Shown: positions 19,597 through 29,235, counted from the stretch's first letter. The stretch is 64,000 bases of DNA from an uncultured Fidelibacterota bacterium (GCA_902611135.1 CACLYL010000001.1:13141-77140), one strand, 5' to 3'. The notes: generated from the sequence alone by a model not told the origin. Translations and numbers: made by a program.

Positions 19597-20356
19597 AAAA
19601 AATAATCATACTTTTAGGAGAAAATGGGGTCAAAATTTTTTGGTCGATAAAAATATATTAAAAAAAATAGCGAGTATGATTAATCCAAAAGAGAAAGATT
19701 CAATTGTTGAAATAGGTCCTGGAGAGGGTGCACTCACGGAACATATATTTTCAAAGGTTAAAGAAATGGCTGTTGTTGAAATAGACCCTATTTTGATTGA
19801 ACTATTACGCAGTCGCAAAAATTTTAGTGGGTTAAGAATAATTAACTCTGATATTCTAACTCAGAAAATAGATTCTCTTCCTATTAATAATCCAGTTAGA
19901 ATAGTGGGTAATATTCCATATAATATTACATCTCCAATTATCTTCTGGTTAATTGAGCAATTACACTATTGGGATGATGCATTTATCATGATGCAAAAAG
20001 AAGTTGCAAAAAGATTAACAGCTAATGTTGGGACAAAGTCATATGGGAGACTAACCGTTGTTGCAGGAGCGTATTTAGACTTTGAGTACTGCTTTTCGAT
20101 CCCTCCTACTGTTTTTATTCCAAAGCCTAAAGTAGATTCTGCAGTTGTAAAACTTACTAAGAAGAGTTGCCCTGCTGTTGAAGATAAAAAATATTTACGT
20201 TTCAATAAATTAGTATCGGCTGCTTTTTCTCAAAGAAGAAAAATGTTAAAAAACAGTTTGAAGCCATGGGATATATCTGAGAAGCTAAAACAAAAAGTTG
20301 ATTTTAATAGGAGACCGGAGACATTAACGATCAAAGAATTTTCATCTTTAGTTTAG
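19580..20356 (+). CDS. rsmA: 16S rRNA (adenine1518/1519-N6)-dimethyltransferase
   Basis: WGQNFLVD motif and SAM-binding VEIGPGEGALT. The ORF-track start is TTG 19580. ATG 19589 (ATGATTAG, overlapping the tatD stop) is an equally plausible start. Confidence 0.9.
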   Translation: MELMIRKNNHTFRRKWGQNFLVDKNILKKIASMINPKEKDSIVEIGPGEGALTEHIFSKVKEMAVVEIDPILIELLRSRKNFSGLRIINSDILTQKIDSLPINNPVRIVGNIPYNITSPIIFWLIEQLHYWDDAFIMMQKEVAKRLTANVGTKSYGRLTVVAGAYLDFEYCFSIPPTVFIPKPKVDSAVVKLTKKSCPAVEDKKYLRFNKLVSAAFSQRRKMLKNSLKPWDISEKLKQKVDFNRRPETLTIKEFSSLV

Positions 20357-20431
20357 TACTTGAATGTTTAATAATAATAAGCTAACATTCTCGGATTTTT
20401 ATTTAAGTAATTAAACCACAAACTACACTTT

Positions 20432-20436
20432 GGAGG
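20432..20436 (+). promoter_or_regulatory. Shine-Dalgarno sequence of rpsU
   Basis: GGAGG lies 8 nt upstream of GTG 20445. Confidence 0.6.
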
Positions 20437-20444
20437 TGATTAAG

Positions 20445-20699
20445 GTGGTTGAAGTTCAAGTCAAAGAAAAAGAGTCCTTTGAGAGAGCTCTTCGGCGTTT
20501 TAAGAAAATGTGGGAGAGAGCAGGTGTTTTGAGAGAAATCCGTTCTCGTGCTTTTTATGAAAAACCCAGCGACACTAAACGCGAAGCGAGGAAGAAGACT
20601 GTTAGACGTGTTAAAAGACTTGCTAGAATAGAGGCCTTAAGGAATAACCCTAGAGCAAATCGTATTCGACGTAAAAAGCCTCAGAAAAAACGATATTAA
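20445..20699 (+). CDS. rpsU: 30S ribosomal protein S21 with extended basic C-terminal tail
   Basis: [41 protein letters not shown] is an S21 core. I place the start at GTG 20445 on the basis of the SD, rather than at the track's TTG 20430. The tail is [31 protein letters not shown]. Confidence 0.88.
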   Translation: MVEVQVKEKESFERALRRFKKMWERAGVLREIRSRAFYEKPSDTKREARKKTVRRVKRLARIEALRNNPRANRIRRKKPQKKRY

Positions 20700-20707
20700 G
20701 CTGGATT

Positions 20708-20738
20708 TAGAAAGCCTCCGATACTTCGAGGCTTTCTA
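20708..20738 (+). terminator. intrinsic-terminator-like hairpin downstream of rpsU
   Basis: A perfect 11-bp stem, TAGAAAGCCTC (20708-20718) with GAGGCTTTCTA (20728-20738), and a 9-nt loop. Only a weak T tract (aactaattttc) follows. Confidence 0.65.
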
Positions 20739-20790
20739 AACTAATTTTCATCTTAATTCAAAACCTTTTTTAAAAAGAAGATTAAATTAA

Positions 20791-22128
20791 ATGTTAATAA
20801 GAAGCCTTTCCGGTGTCAGAGGTTATGTAAATTCTCACTTTACACCTGAAATAAGTATTAATTATGCTAGAGCATTAAACGAAATGCTCCCAAAGGGCGT
20901 AATCATGGCAGGTAGAGATAGCCGGCCATCAGGTGAGTTTATTATAATTGAAATGATTAATGAATTTAATCGATTGGGACGAACGGTAATTAATTGCAAT
21001 ATAGTTCCCACACCAACAATACAATTTATGGTTAAAAATACAGAGGCTGTTGGTGGGTTTATAGTGACTGCAAGTCATAATCCAATTGAGTGGAATGGAT
21101 TAAAGTTTGTTCGATCAGATAGTACCTTTTTTCATCCAAGTGAATGTGAACGTTTATTCAAGATTGTTGATTTGAACGAGGACTATGGATCATCAGTTGA
21201 AAAAGGACTCCATTGGCCTGAAAATAATGCTATTCAAAAACATATAATTTCATGTGTTGGTTTAAAGACTATCAATTTAAATCGCATTAGAAAAAAGAAG
21301 TTTAAAATCGTTGTTGACGCTGTAAACGGAGCTGGGTCTGTAGCTTTGCCTCAATTATTAGACTCTTTAGGTTGCGATGTTATACCTCTTTATTGTGAAC
21401 CTAATGGGGAATTTATTCGAGGAACTGAGCCATTACCAACTAACTTAGTTGATTTATGTAATGCTGTAAAAAAACATCAAGCAGATGCTGGGTTTGCAAT
21501 TGACCCTGATGCAGATCGTTTAGCTTTAGTAGATGAAAAAGGCACTCCCTTGGGCGAGGAATACACATTAGTTATTGCAGCAGAAGGATATTTAGAGGAA
21601 ATTGAAGATCCTGAAAAATTTGTTGTAAACTTATCTACGTCACTAGCTTTAGAGAAACTCGCAGAAACAAAAGGAAGTGCTGTTGAGAGATCTGCTGTGG
21701 GCGAGATAAATGTTGTAAACAAAATGAATGAATTAGGGTCAAATTTAGGTGGAGAAGGCAATGGAGGTGTAATTCTTAGAGAAAGCCATCTAGGTCGAGA
21801 TTCTTTAGTAGGAGCAGCTATGGTTTTAAATAGGATGTCTCAAGGGAATCAAAAATTAAGTCAAATCTTTAATTCGTTGCCTCAGTATCAAATTGTAAAA
21901 GATAAAATAAAGTTAGAAGGTATTAATTCAGATGAGTTGATTGTTAAAATAAGTAAAAAGTTTAAAAATGCACAAAAAAATACTATAGATGGAATCAAAT
22001 TTATTTGGGAGGACAGGTGGGTACACCTTAGAAAATCAAACACCGAACCGATATTGAGAATTTATGCAGAGGCACCAGATAAAATTCAAGCAGAAGAATT
22101 AGTTAAAGAGGTAAAAAGTTTAATTTAA
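20791..22128 (+). CDS. glmM: phosphoglucosamine mutase (Bacteroidota-type phosphohexomutase)
   Basis: N-terminal IRSLSGVRG resembles the Bacteroidota GlmM SISGIRG motif. Active-site TASHNP, metal loop DPDADR, and C-terminal RKSNTEPILRIYAE. Confidence 0.8.
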   Translation: MLIRSLSGVRGYVNSHFTPEISINYARALNEMLPKGVIMAGRDSRPSGEFIIIEMINEFNRLGRTVINCNIVPTPTIQFMVKNTEAVGGFIVTASHNPIEWNGLKFVRSDSTFFHPSECERLFKIVDLNEDYGSSVEKGLHWPENNAIQKHIISCVGLKTINLNRIRKKKFKIVVDAVNGAGSVALPQLLDSLGCDVIPLYCEPNGEFIRGTEPLPTNLVDLCNAVKKHQADAGFAIDPDADRLALVDEKGTPLGEEYTLVIAAEGYLEEIEDPEKFVVNLSTSLALEKLAETKGSAVERSAVGEINVVNKMNELGSNLGGEGNGGVILRESHLGRDSLVGAAMVLNRMSQGNQKLSQIFNSLPQYQIVKDKIKLEGINSDELIVKISKKFKNAQKNTIDGIKFIWEDRWVHLRKSNTEPILRIYAEAPDKIQAEELVKEVKSLI

Positions 22129-22773
22129 ATGAGGGATATAGCAAAATACATTGATCATACTAATTTGAGACCCTATTTAACAAAGAAAGATATTCAAAGG
22201 ATTTGCAAGGAAGCAAGTCAATATAATTTTGCATCGGTGTGTATTAATCCAATTCATGTTCCTTCAGCCACAAAATATTTAAAAGATTCTTTTTCGGAAG
22301 TAAGTACGGTTATCGCGTTTCCATTGGGTGCAATTTCAACTGAAATAAAATATGCGGAAGCCATGGATGCAATTGATCAGGGAGCAGAAGAATTAGATAT
22401 GGTGATAAATATTGGATACTTAAAGGAGGGAAAGAACAATCAACTAGCAGATGAAATCACAAAAATAGTTAAAGCATCAGAAGATATATGCTTAAAAGTA
22501 ATTATTGAAACCTGTTTGCTGAATACAGAAGAAAAAATTCGTATTTCGAAAAGTGTAAAGGAATCAGGAGCTGATTATATAAAAACCTCTACAGGTTTTT
22601 CACTAAAAGGAGCCGATGCTAAGGATGTTAAAATTATTAGATAAACACTTGGTGATAGTACAGGAATTAAAGCAAGTGGAGGCATAAAATCTTTATTAGA
22701 TTTAAATAAAATGCTAAATGCGGGCGTAAACAGAATAGGCACCAGTTCAGGGATAATTATATTAAATGAATGA
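22129..22773 (+). pseudogene. deoC: deoxyribose-phosphate aldolase interrupted by one in-frame TAA
   Basis: The ORF 22129-22644 (DHTNLRP..., DYIKTSTGF containing the Schiff-base Lys) stops at TAA 22642-22644. The same frame continues for 42 codons: TLGDSTGIKASGGIKSLLDLNKMLNAGVNRIGTSSGIIILNE, ending at TGA 22771-22773. That is the conserved DERA C-terminus. The stop sits where homologues read DVKLMRETVG. Confidence 0.85.
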
Positions 22774-24172
22774 AAAAGTTCTAATAAAACGTAAAGCAGA
22801 GGTAGAATTAAAGATCGAATCACTTGCTTATGGAGGGATGGGAATTGCAAAAAAGGAAAACTTTGTAATTTTTGTGAAAAATGCAATCCCAGGTCAAACT
22901 GTAATTGCAAGAATTTATAAAAAGAAAAAAGGATATGCTGAAGCCAGAGCCTTAAAGATTTTAGTTGAATCTCCAAATGTTGTAAAACCTAAGTGTAATC
23001 ATTTTTACATTTGTAGTAAAATTCAAAATCTATCCTACAAAGAGCAATTGAAAGAAAAAGGGAATCAAGTTATAGATGCATTTCAAAGATTAGGAGGATT
23101 TAAAGATTTTAAGTTAAATAATGTTGTAAAGGGGAATCCAATTTTTAATTACCGCAATAAAATGGAGTTTACATTTTCACCTCACAGGTGGGTTTTAGAT
23201 TCAGAACCAGAAGATGCGAGTAAATCTTTTGCACTTGGGCTGCATATTCCAGGAAGGTATGATAAAATACTTGATATAAATAACTGTTACATACAGCCAG
23301 AAATAGGGAATAAAATTTTAAAGGTTGCGAGAGAGGTCTGTTTATCAAACCCTAAACTAAAGCCATATGATCCAAAGACGCACATTGGGTTTTTACGTTA
23401 TTTAACGCTTAGATATGGATTGAAAACAGGCCAACTCATGGTGAATATCGTAACTGCGTATGATGATATCAATAAACTTTCACCATTAATTGATAGTTTA
23501 CTAGATAAGTTCCCTGAGATTACATCTATGGTAAATAATGTTAATACCAGAAAAGCAGATATTGCGTTTGGAGAATTTGAGAATCTCTTATTTGGCAAGC
23601 CATATATTGAAGAAAAATTAGGAGAATTAACGTTTGAAATTTCAGCAAATTCATTCTTTCAAACGAATACTTTACAAGGAGAATTATTGTACAATGAAGT
23701 ATTAAAGGCAGCTAATTTGAAAGGGGATGAAATTATTTTTGACTTGTATTGCGGGGCAGGAAGTATCGCTCTTTTCTTAGCACATAAAGCCAAAGAAGTA
23801 TATGGTTTTGAAATTATTAGATCTTCTTTGGAGAATGCAGAGAAAAATGCAGAGAAAAATGAAATTAAAAACACATCTTTCTTAAAAGCAAATCTAGATA
23901 CCTTCTTTAAATCAGGCCAACTTCCCCGTAAAGTCCCGAAGCCAAATGTAGTAATCGTCGATCCACCAAGAGCGGGAATGCATCCAGATATGGCTAATTA
24001 TTTATATAAATTCAAAGCTGAAAAAATTGTATATGTGTCTTGTAACCCTACTACCCAAGCAAGAGATGCTAAGTTATTAGTAGAAAAAGGTTATAAAATT
24101 AAAAGTGCTGTTATGGTTGATATGTTTCCGCATACGCCACATATTGAAACGGTGGTTTTATTTTCTAAGTAG
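22766..24172 (+). CDS. rlmD: 23S rRNA (uracil-C5)-methyltransferase, RlmD/RumA family (TRAM plus SAM methyltransferase domains)
   Basis: N-terminal TRAM-like AYGGMGIAK. SAM motif DLYCGAGSIALFLA, then VDPPRAGM and VSCNPTT. Only 3 of the 4 RumA Fe-S cysteines are recognisable. Confidence 0.85.
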   Translation: MNEKVLIKRKAEVELKIESLAYGGMGIAKKENFVIFVKNAIPGQTVIARIYKKKKGYAEARALKILVESPNVVKPKCNHFYICSKIQNLSYKEQLKEKGNQVIDAFQRLGGFKDFKLNNVVKGNPIFNYRNKMEFTFSPHRWVLDSEPEDASKSFALGLHIPGRYDKILDINNCYIQPEIGNKILKVAREVCLSNPKLKPYDPKTHIGFLRYLTLRYGLKTGQLMVNIVTAYDDINKLSPLIDSLLDKFPEITSMVNNVNTRKADIAFGEFENLLFGKPYIEEKLGELTFEISANSFFQTNTLQGELLYNEVLKAANLKGDEIIFDLYCGAGSIALFLAHKAKEVYGFEIIRSSLENAEKNAEKNEIKNTSFLKANLDTFFKSGQLPRKVPKPNVVIVDPPRAGMHPDMANYLYKFKAEKIVYVSCNPTTQARDAKLLVEKGYKIKSAVMVDMFPHTPHIETVVLFSK

Positions 24173-24898
24173 TGCTTTTGAAAATCTAGATTCCGAAATT
24201 TCAGAATCGAACTCAATATCAATTATAATCCATTCTGTGCCTTTACTATTTCTTTTGAGTTCATCTTTAAATCTATAATGGAATGGGAACCATCTACCCT
24301 TTACACTTTTGATATTATTCATTGAGATCGTTTTCAATAGTTTTCCACTCTTTGCGTATCGCTCTTCTTTGATAGGCAAAAAATATTCTTTATCAATCCA
24401 GGCTCTTCTTTTAGGATAAGAGAGTCCTTTAACTTTAGCTTCCATAAAAATCACCCAATGATCACGATCATTTATAAAGGCAGATTTTTCTAGGGTTAAA
24501 TGATAAATTTCACGTATTGGTCGAGTTTCCATCATGTCTTTATAGGACATATCGGAACCATTAATGGATTGTCTTAACATATGCCCAGAAATTTGAATTA
24601 TTCGATCTGTTTGTGGAGAATAGGTCCATAATTTATCTTTTAATTTTAACATTTTAGTTCCCGCTTCTCTAGCGGGCGATAAATTTTCCGTAAATGCCTT
24701 TTCAAAACCCGTACTCCAGCTTTTTGATTTTATTGTTCGACTTTTTCTTCGACCGTGAATAATCATTTCACTTATTAAAACACGGTTATTTGAGTTCAGA
24801 TTTTTATCCATTTCACTAACGATATCATAAACAGATAATTTATTTGATTCTCCAAAGATGCATGATAAAGATGTTAGAAAAACAAAAAATTTATTCAT
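24158..24898 (-). CDS. LolA-like outer membrane lipoprotein-sorting protein family
   Basis: 246 aa with a signal peptide. Motifs are LWTYSPQTDRIIQIS, INGSDMSYKDM and RAWIDKEYFLPIKEERY. These match my recollection of the LolA_like family that accompanies FtsX-type ABC transporters. Confidence 0.7.
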   Translation of the reverse strand: MNKFFVFLTSLSCIFGESNKLSVYDIVSEMDKNLNSNNRVLISEMIIHGRRKSRTIKSKSWSTGFEKAFTENLSPAREAGTKMLKLKDKLWTYSPQTDRIIQISGHMLRQSINGSDMSYKDMMETRPIREIYHLTLEKSAFINDRDHWVIFMEAKVKGLSYPKRRAWIDKEYFLPIKEERYAKSGKLLKTISMNNIKSVKGRWFPFHYRFKDELKRNSKGTEWIIIDIEFDSEISESRFSKALLRK

Positions 24899-26178
24899 GT
24901 TTCTAACTCTTTAAATAACTGTGCCATTTCCCTGCGATAAATTGCAAGTCCTGCTAGCATAGTTCCTAGCACTGTTGCTACAAGTCCAGGTAGTAAACCA
25001 ACATAAAATAAATCAGGAGTGACTTTTGAATAAAAAGTATTTGGCATAATCATATCTGTCAAAGCCATTTCTTCAAGTGCTTCAGCATAACTAATTCCAT
25101 TTTCTTGAAAGTAATAGGTAATACTTATTCCAAGCCCAGTCCCAAGAACTGTTCCTGTTAACCCTATTATAATCGCCTCAGTTATCATAGATCTATAGAC
25201 TTGTCCTTTTGATTCTCCCATAGCAAGTCGTAAACCAATTTCTCCATAGCGCCTTAAGCCATTCATTAGTCCCATATTCCAAAGAACTATCATGACAATC
25301 ACCAAGAAAATTCCTCCAATTACTGCTAATGCAGCATTACTAAAATCAACCATGGTTCCCATCTGGTTTGTATCCCTTAATGCGATCATAATCGGAGAAT
25401 AAATATCAGAGCTATCATTGTTGGTTCTGTTAAAATTTGATCGAATTTCTATTGCACTGTTATCATTATAAAATAAATCATGAGTAAATCCTAAAATTTC
25501 TGTTGCTGCACCTTGCATATCAAGCGCTTCCTGAGCCCCAGAAATATCTAATAAGATCATTTGCTTATCGGTTTGACCTTTATTCAAATTAAAAACACCA
25601 GAGATATTAAAGTTATAGGTTGTAAAAGCATTATCCATTGTCGACCCTATAAAAGTTGCTTCTTGTCCAGTGGAAACCTCTAGTTTTTTAGCTAGCTTTG
25701 AACTAATCAGGATTTCATTTGAAGACTTTGGATGATTTCCATCAATGATGATTTTATTTAGCTCCCACAATTCGGTTTGTCTTGAGTCGTTTGAAAAGAA
25801 ATCAATTCCTATTGCCATAACTGGGCTCTGAGATCGAGTCTCTTTATTGTCATTTGGAATATCGATCAGGCCTCCAAAATTTATCCTAGGACTCCAGAAA
25901 TAATTAGGATAATTTCTTTTTAAATCAGAAATCCTGTCCTCAACATCCAGTAATGCCAGATCGAGAGGGAGCATCTGTATTTCTTCTTTATATGCTTTAG
26001 TTACCACCTTCTGATATCCTGCAATGATAACAGCTGTATCCAAAAAAACACTATTAAGCATACCCCTCATAAAGCCCAAAGCAAAAATAACAATAGCAAC
26101 AGTTGTTGTAATAATAATAGTGGGGAATAGACTTCGAGTCTTATCTCTGATCAGTCCTTTTGCTAAAAATTTTATCAT
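24895..26178 (-). CDS. ABC transporter permease, MacB/FtsX-like
   Basis: 427 aa with an N-terminal TM, a large periplasmic domain and a C-terminal FtsX 3-TM bundle (RRYGEIGLRLAMGESKGQV). Overlaps both neighbours by 4 nt. Confidence 0.8.
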   Translation of the reverse strand: MIKFLAKGLIRDKTRSLFPTIIITTTVAIVIFALGFMRGMLNSVFLDTAVIIAGYQKVVTKAYKEEIQMLPLDLALLDVEDRISDLKRNYPNYFWSPRINFGGLIDIPNDNKETRSQSPVMAIGIDFFSNDSRQTELWELNKIIIDGNHPKSSNEILISSKLAKKLEVSTGQEATFIGSTMDNAFTTYNFNISGVFNLNKGQTDKQMILLDISGAQEALDMQGAATEILGFTHDLFYNDNSAIEIRSNFNRTNNDSSDIYSPIMIALRDTNQMGTMVDFSNAALAVIGGIFLVIVMIVLWNMGLMNGLRRYGEIGLRLAMGESKGQVYRSMITEAIIIGLTGTVLGTGLGISITYYFQENGISYAEALEEMALTDMIMPNTFYSKVTPDLFYVGLLPGLVATVLGTMLAGLAIYRREMAQLFKELET

Positions 26179-27377
26179 GTCGTTATTTTTCCACGAAGAG
26201 CATCTGTAGGGTTCATATTGCTAATTCTCCGTGAAGGGAAATAACTGACAAGGAGCACTACAATTCCAATGAGTATTGTTGTTGTTAAAATCAAACCAAT
26301 TGAGTACACAGGGATAAGGCGCTTTGCAATCATAAGTCCCATCTCACTATAATCCATTGGGAGAGGGATTCCCTTTTCTGCGAAATACCATAAAATAGGG
26401 CCAAAAAAAATAACAGTCATAATCGTAGCTAAAAATGAGTTGAGCGCACCCTCTAAGGTAAATAAACCAACTACTCGAGATCTTGTCATTCCTAAAGCCA
26501 TCAAAGTTCCAATTTCTTTACCTCTTCGGAAAATAGAAAGAACTTGAGCATTAAAAATTCCCATTGCTGTTAAGCAAAGAAGAATGAAAAATAATATTTG
26601 GTTTCCAGGTTTATCCGCTTCGATTGCTGCCTCAATATCAGAAATTAAATAATTAACATCCCTGTGCAACCAGTCTCCAGAGCTTTTTACTTTTTCAATG
26701 CCCTCATTATAAGTCACGTATGTTGCTTCATTTTCCATATTAAGCATATTCTGGGCTTTTTTAATTGGTATCCAAATAGTTCCAATATCTAATTTGAAAT
26801 TTTCTGTATTCATTATGTGCATAACAGTACCTTCCATTGCATCATATGCTTTTTCAGAGTCAAGCCAGCGGATTATAAAGGTATCCCCTTCTTTTAATTG
26901 TGTTTTTTTAGCCATTTCAGAGCCAATTAAAACGGGAATTTCTATTTCATCATGATTAGCGAGCATCTTGGTTGGGTTAACTTTATCCGTATTGTTTCCT
27001 TCCATATTTATTATGGACTGCTCAGGAGGAATGCCCTTCATAGTGACGGGCATCATTCTTCCATTTGGATATATTGATGCTTGACTAACTAGTATCGGGA
27101 AAGCCTCCTTTAAGTTAATTAACTTCTTCAGTGCGATAGGTATTTTCGAATGAGATTTTTCAAATGACATAGGATCAATGGGGTCATAATTAGGATGCCA
27201 ATAAGATCCTCCTGCTATTTCAGTGTCTATGGTTGTTTGTTTGGCATATTGTCTCATCCCATCATACATCCCTGAAATAAAAAGGATAACAAAAAATGAT
27301 ATTGATGTAACAAAGACATTCAAAAAAGTTCGCAGTCTGGCACCGATTAGATTTTTTAGTGCAATTTTAAAAAGCAT
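26175..27377 (-). CDS. ABC transporter permease, MacB/FtsX-like
   Basis: 400 aa. N-terminal MLFKIALKNLIGARLRTFL is typical of the family. C-terminal FtsX domain (RRGKEIGTLMALGMTRSRV). Confidence 0.8.
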   Translation of the reverse strand: MLFKIALKNLIGARLRTFLNVFVTSISFFVILFISGMYDGMRQYAKQTTIDTEIAGGSYWHPNYDPIDPMSFEKSHSKIPIALKKLINLKEAFPILVSQASIYPNGRMMPVTMKGIPPEQSIINMEGNNTDKVNPTKMLANHDEIEIPVLIGSEMAKKTQLKEGDTFIIRWLDSEKAYDAMEGTVMHIMNTENFKLDIGTIWIPIKKAQNMLNMENEATYVTYNEGIEKVKSSGDWLHRDVNYLISDIEAAIEADKPGNQILFFILLCLTAMGIFNAQVLSIFRRGKEIGTLMALGMTRSRVVGLFTLEGALNSFLATIMTVIFFGPILWYFAEKGIPLPMDYSEMGLMIAKRLIPVYSIGLILTTTILIGIVVLLVSYFPSRRISNMNPTDALRGKITT

Positions 27378-27383
27378 GGTATT

Positions 27384-28088
27384 TTATTTTGATTTTTTAA
27401 TCTTTTCATCTTTATTTATCATACCATCCTCAAGGTGTATTATACGTTTGAGGTATCCCATGATCTTTTCATCGTGAGTTGCAAAGACAAAAGAGGTTGA
27501 TATTTCTTTGTTTAACTTTGTCAAGATCTTCATAATATGATGTGAGTTTTCAGCATCAAGGTTTGCAGTTGGTTCATCTGCCAGCACTAAATCAGGTTGA
27601 TGTACAATCGCTCTTGCAATTGCCGTTCGTTGGCATTGCCCTCCACTTAATGTGTTTGGCCGAGAATCTCTCTTGTCAGAAAGCCCAACCCACTCAATTG
27701 CTTGATTTACTTTCTTTTGACGATCTAATGGACTTACTTTATTTAAAATAAGAGGTAATTCAACATTTTCATAAACCGAATAGACAGGTAATAAATTATA
27801 ACTCTGAAAAATAAAGCCCATATGTTTTCGACGAAGAAGAGCTCTTTCATTATGAGAAGTATTATTCAGAGAGTGATCGAGTACACTTACCGTACCTTCT
27901 GAAGCGGAATCAAGTCCACCGATTACATTAAGAAGTGTTGTTTTACCAGAACCAGATGGTCCAACGAGGCCAGTAAATTCACCAGTATTCAATGTTAGAT
28001 TAATATCTTTCAATGCAGTGAAAAAATTATTCCCAATAGGATAACGTTTGACTAAACTTTTTATAGAGATCACAATATGCTTTTTCAT
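27384..28088 (-). CDS. ABC transporter ATP-binding protein (LolD/MacB-type)
   Basis: Walker A GPSGSGKTT, signature LSGGQCQR and Walker B LVLADEPT. Confidence 0.9.
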   Translation of the reverse strand: MKKHIVISIKSLVKRYPIGNNFFTALKDINLTLNTGEFTGLVGPSGSGKTTLLNVIGGLDSASEGTVSVLDHSLNNTSHNERALLRRKHMGFIFQSYNLLPVYSVYENVELPLILNKVSPLDRQKKVNQAIEWVGLSDKRDSRPNTLSGGQCQRTAIARAIVHQPDLVLADEPTANLDAENSHHIMKILTKLNKEISTSFVFATHDEKIMGYLKRIIHLEDGMINKDEKIKKSK

Positions 28089-28099
28089 TTATTAAACCC

Positions 28100-29203
28100 T
28101 CAATAATTATAAATTAACATTATTTTAGCAGTTGAGCCAAAACTTTCAAGTCCAGATGACACAATAACTGGTAAATATTCATCGCGTTTTGGATTTATAG
28201 AAAAAATATAATTTAGGCTGAAATTATCATATGCTGAGCTCCAGCGTAAAAAATTATAACTTTTTTTCTCATTTAGACTTACTTGTTTTATTATACTTAA
28301 TTGATGTGTCATGCCAAATGGAATAGCAGCTAGGATTGCACTGTAGTTCTGATTTGATTTAATTGGTCTTTGTTGTTGAATGGACATGAATTCAGTCATT
28401 AAGTATATTCCATTGATGATGGGTAGGGTGTAATCCAATCCTAAAGTGGCTATTATTTGTTTTAGATTACTAGATGAGATAGCAGAACCTTCATTCCAAA
28501 ATCCAAAAAAACCATCATATCTATAATCTAATCCCCACCTAGTAATCTCATCATTATGGTAAGATATTGCCCATTCTCCTGAATAGTGAGATATTTCAGA
28601 TCGAAAGCCAAAAGACAAATTGTTGAGTTCATTTAATATTGACCATGACCATATTGAGATTGTATTCATCGGGAACCATTTTAATCTGAATGCTCTCACA
28701 CCACTAATTTGTCCAGTGGGATCAGTAACATCAATATAATCAAACCAGGAAAGGTTCCGTAATATTTGTGTTGGCCCAAAAGTTATTTTTTGTAAACCTA
28801 ATCTAGCTTCAAGTTTTTCATTAGAGTATCTTATCCAATACCTGTAAGGTATTCCGTGTCTAGTGTCATATTCTATGCTTTTTTTGAATACGCTAACTTT
28901 AATTGTATCAAGATTTACCATCGATCTTCCAGAATAGACATGGTCGACTATATGGGCATATTCAAAATCAATTAATTGGTCATCAGTTAATTTATTAAAA
29001 ACAGAAAAGGTTGCTATTGTTCCAAATTTTGATTCGAAATGAGAATCATTTTCTGGGATATCATTACCTGTTAAAATGCTATACCATAACTGTCCTTTTA
29101 AAGAATAATTTTGAGAATAAAGAATATTGCTAAATAGAAGTATTGAAATAATATATGTTAAACGATATTTTGCTTTATTAAAAGTTTGTTTCAAAAAAAA
29201 CAT
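28100..29203 (-). CDS. predicted outer-membrane beta-barrel protein, unknown family
   Basis: 367 aa with a signal peptide. Alternating aromatic/polar strands run throughout. The C-terminus is an aromatic beta-signal-like KIMLIYNY. Confidence 0.5.
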   Translation of the reverse strand: MFFLKQTFNKAKYRLTYIISILLFSNILYSQNYSLKGQLWYSILTGNDIPENDSHFESKFGTIATFSVFNKLTDDQLIDFEYAHIVDHVYSGRSMVNLDTIKVSVFKKSIEYDTRHGIPYRYWIRYSNEKLEARLGLQKITFGPTQILRNLSWFDYIDVTDPTGQISGVRAFRLKWFPMNTISIWSWSILNELNNLSFGFRSEISHYSGEWAISYHNDEITRWGLDYRYDGFFGFWNEGSAISSSNLKQIIATLGLDYTLPIINGIYLMTEFMSIQQQRPIKSNQNYSAILAAIPFGMTHQLSIIKQVSLNEKKSYNFLRWSSAYDNFSLNYIFSINPKRDEYLPVIVSSGLESFGSTAKIMLIYNY

Positions 29204-29235
29204 TTAAAATCTGATTATGTGAAACCTTTTTTGTC

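Noticed and set aside
22642-22644. Genome-wide reassignment of TAA/TAG to a sense codon as the explanation for the in-frame stops
   Set aside because: Dozens of genes in the window terminate at TAA or TAG exactly where conserved C-termini end (for example metG, valS, hslU, pyrG and rpoN). Standard code 11 therefore applies. Only local readthrough or decay remains possible.
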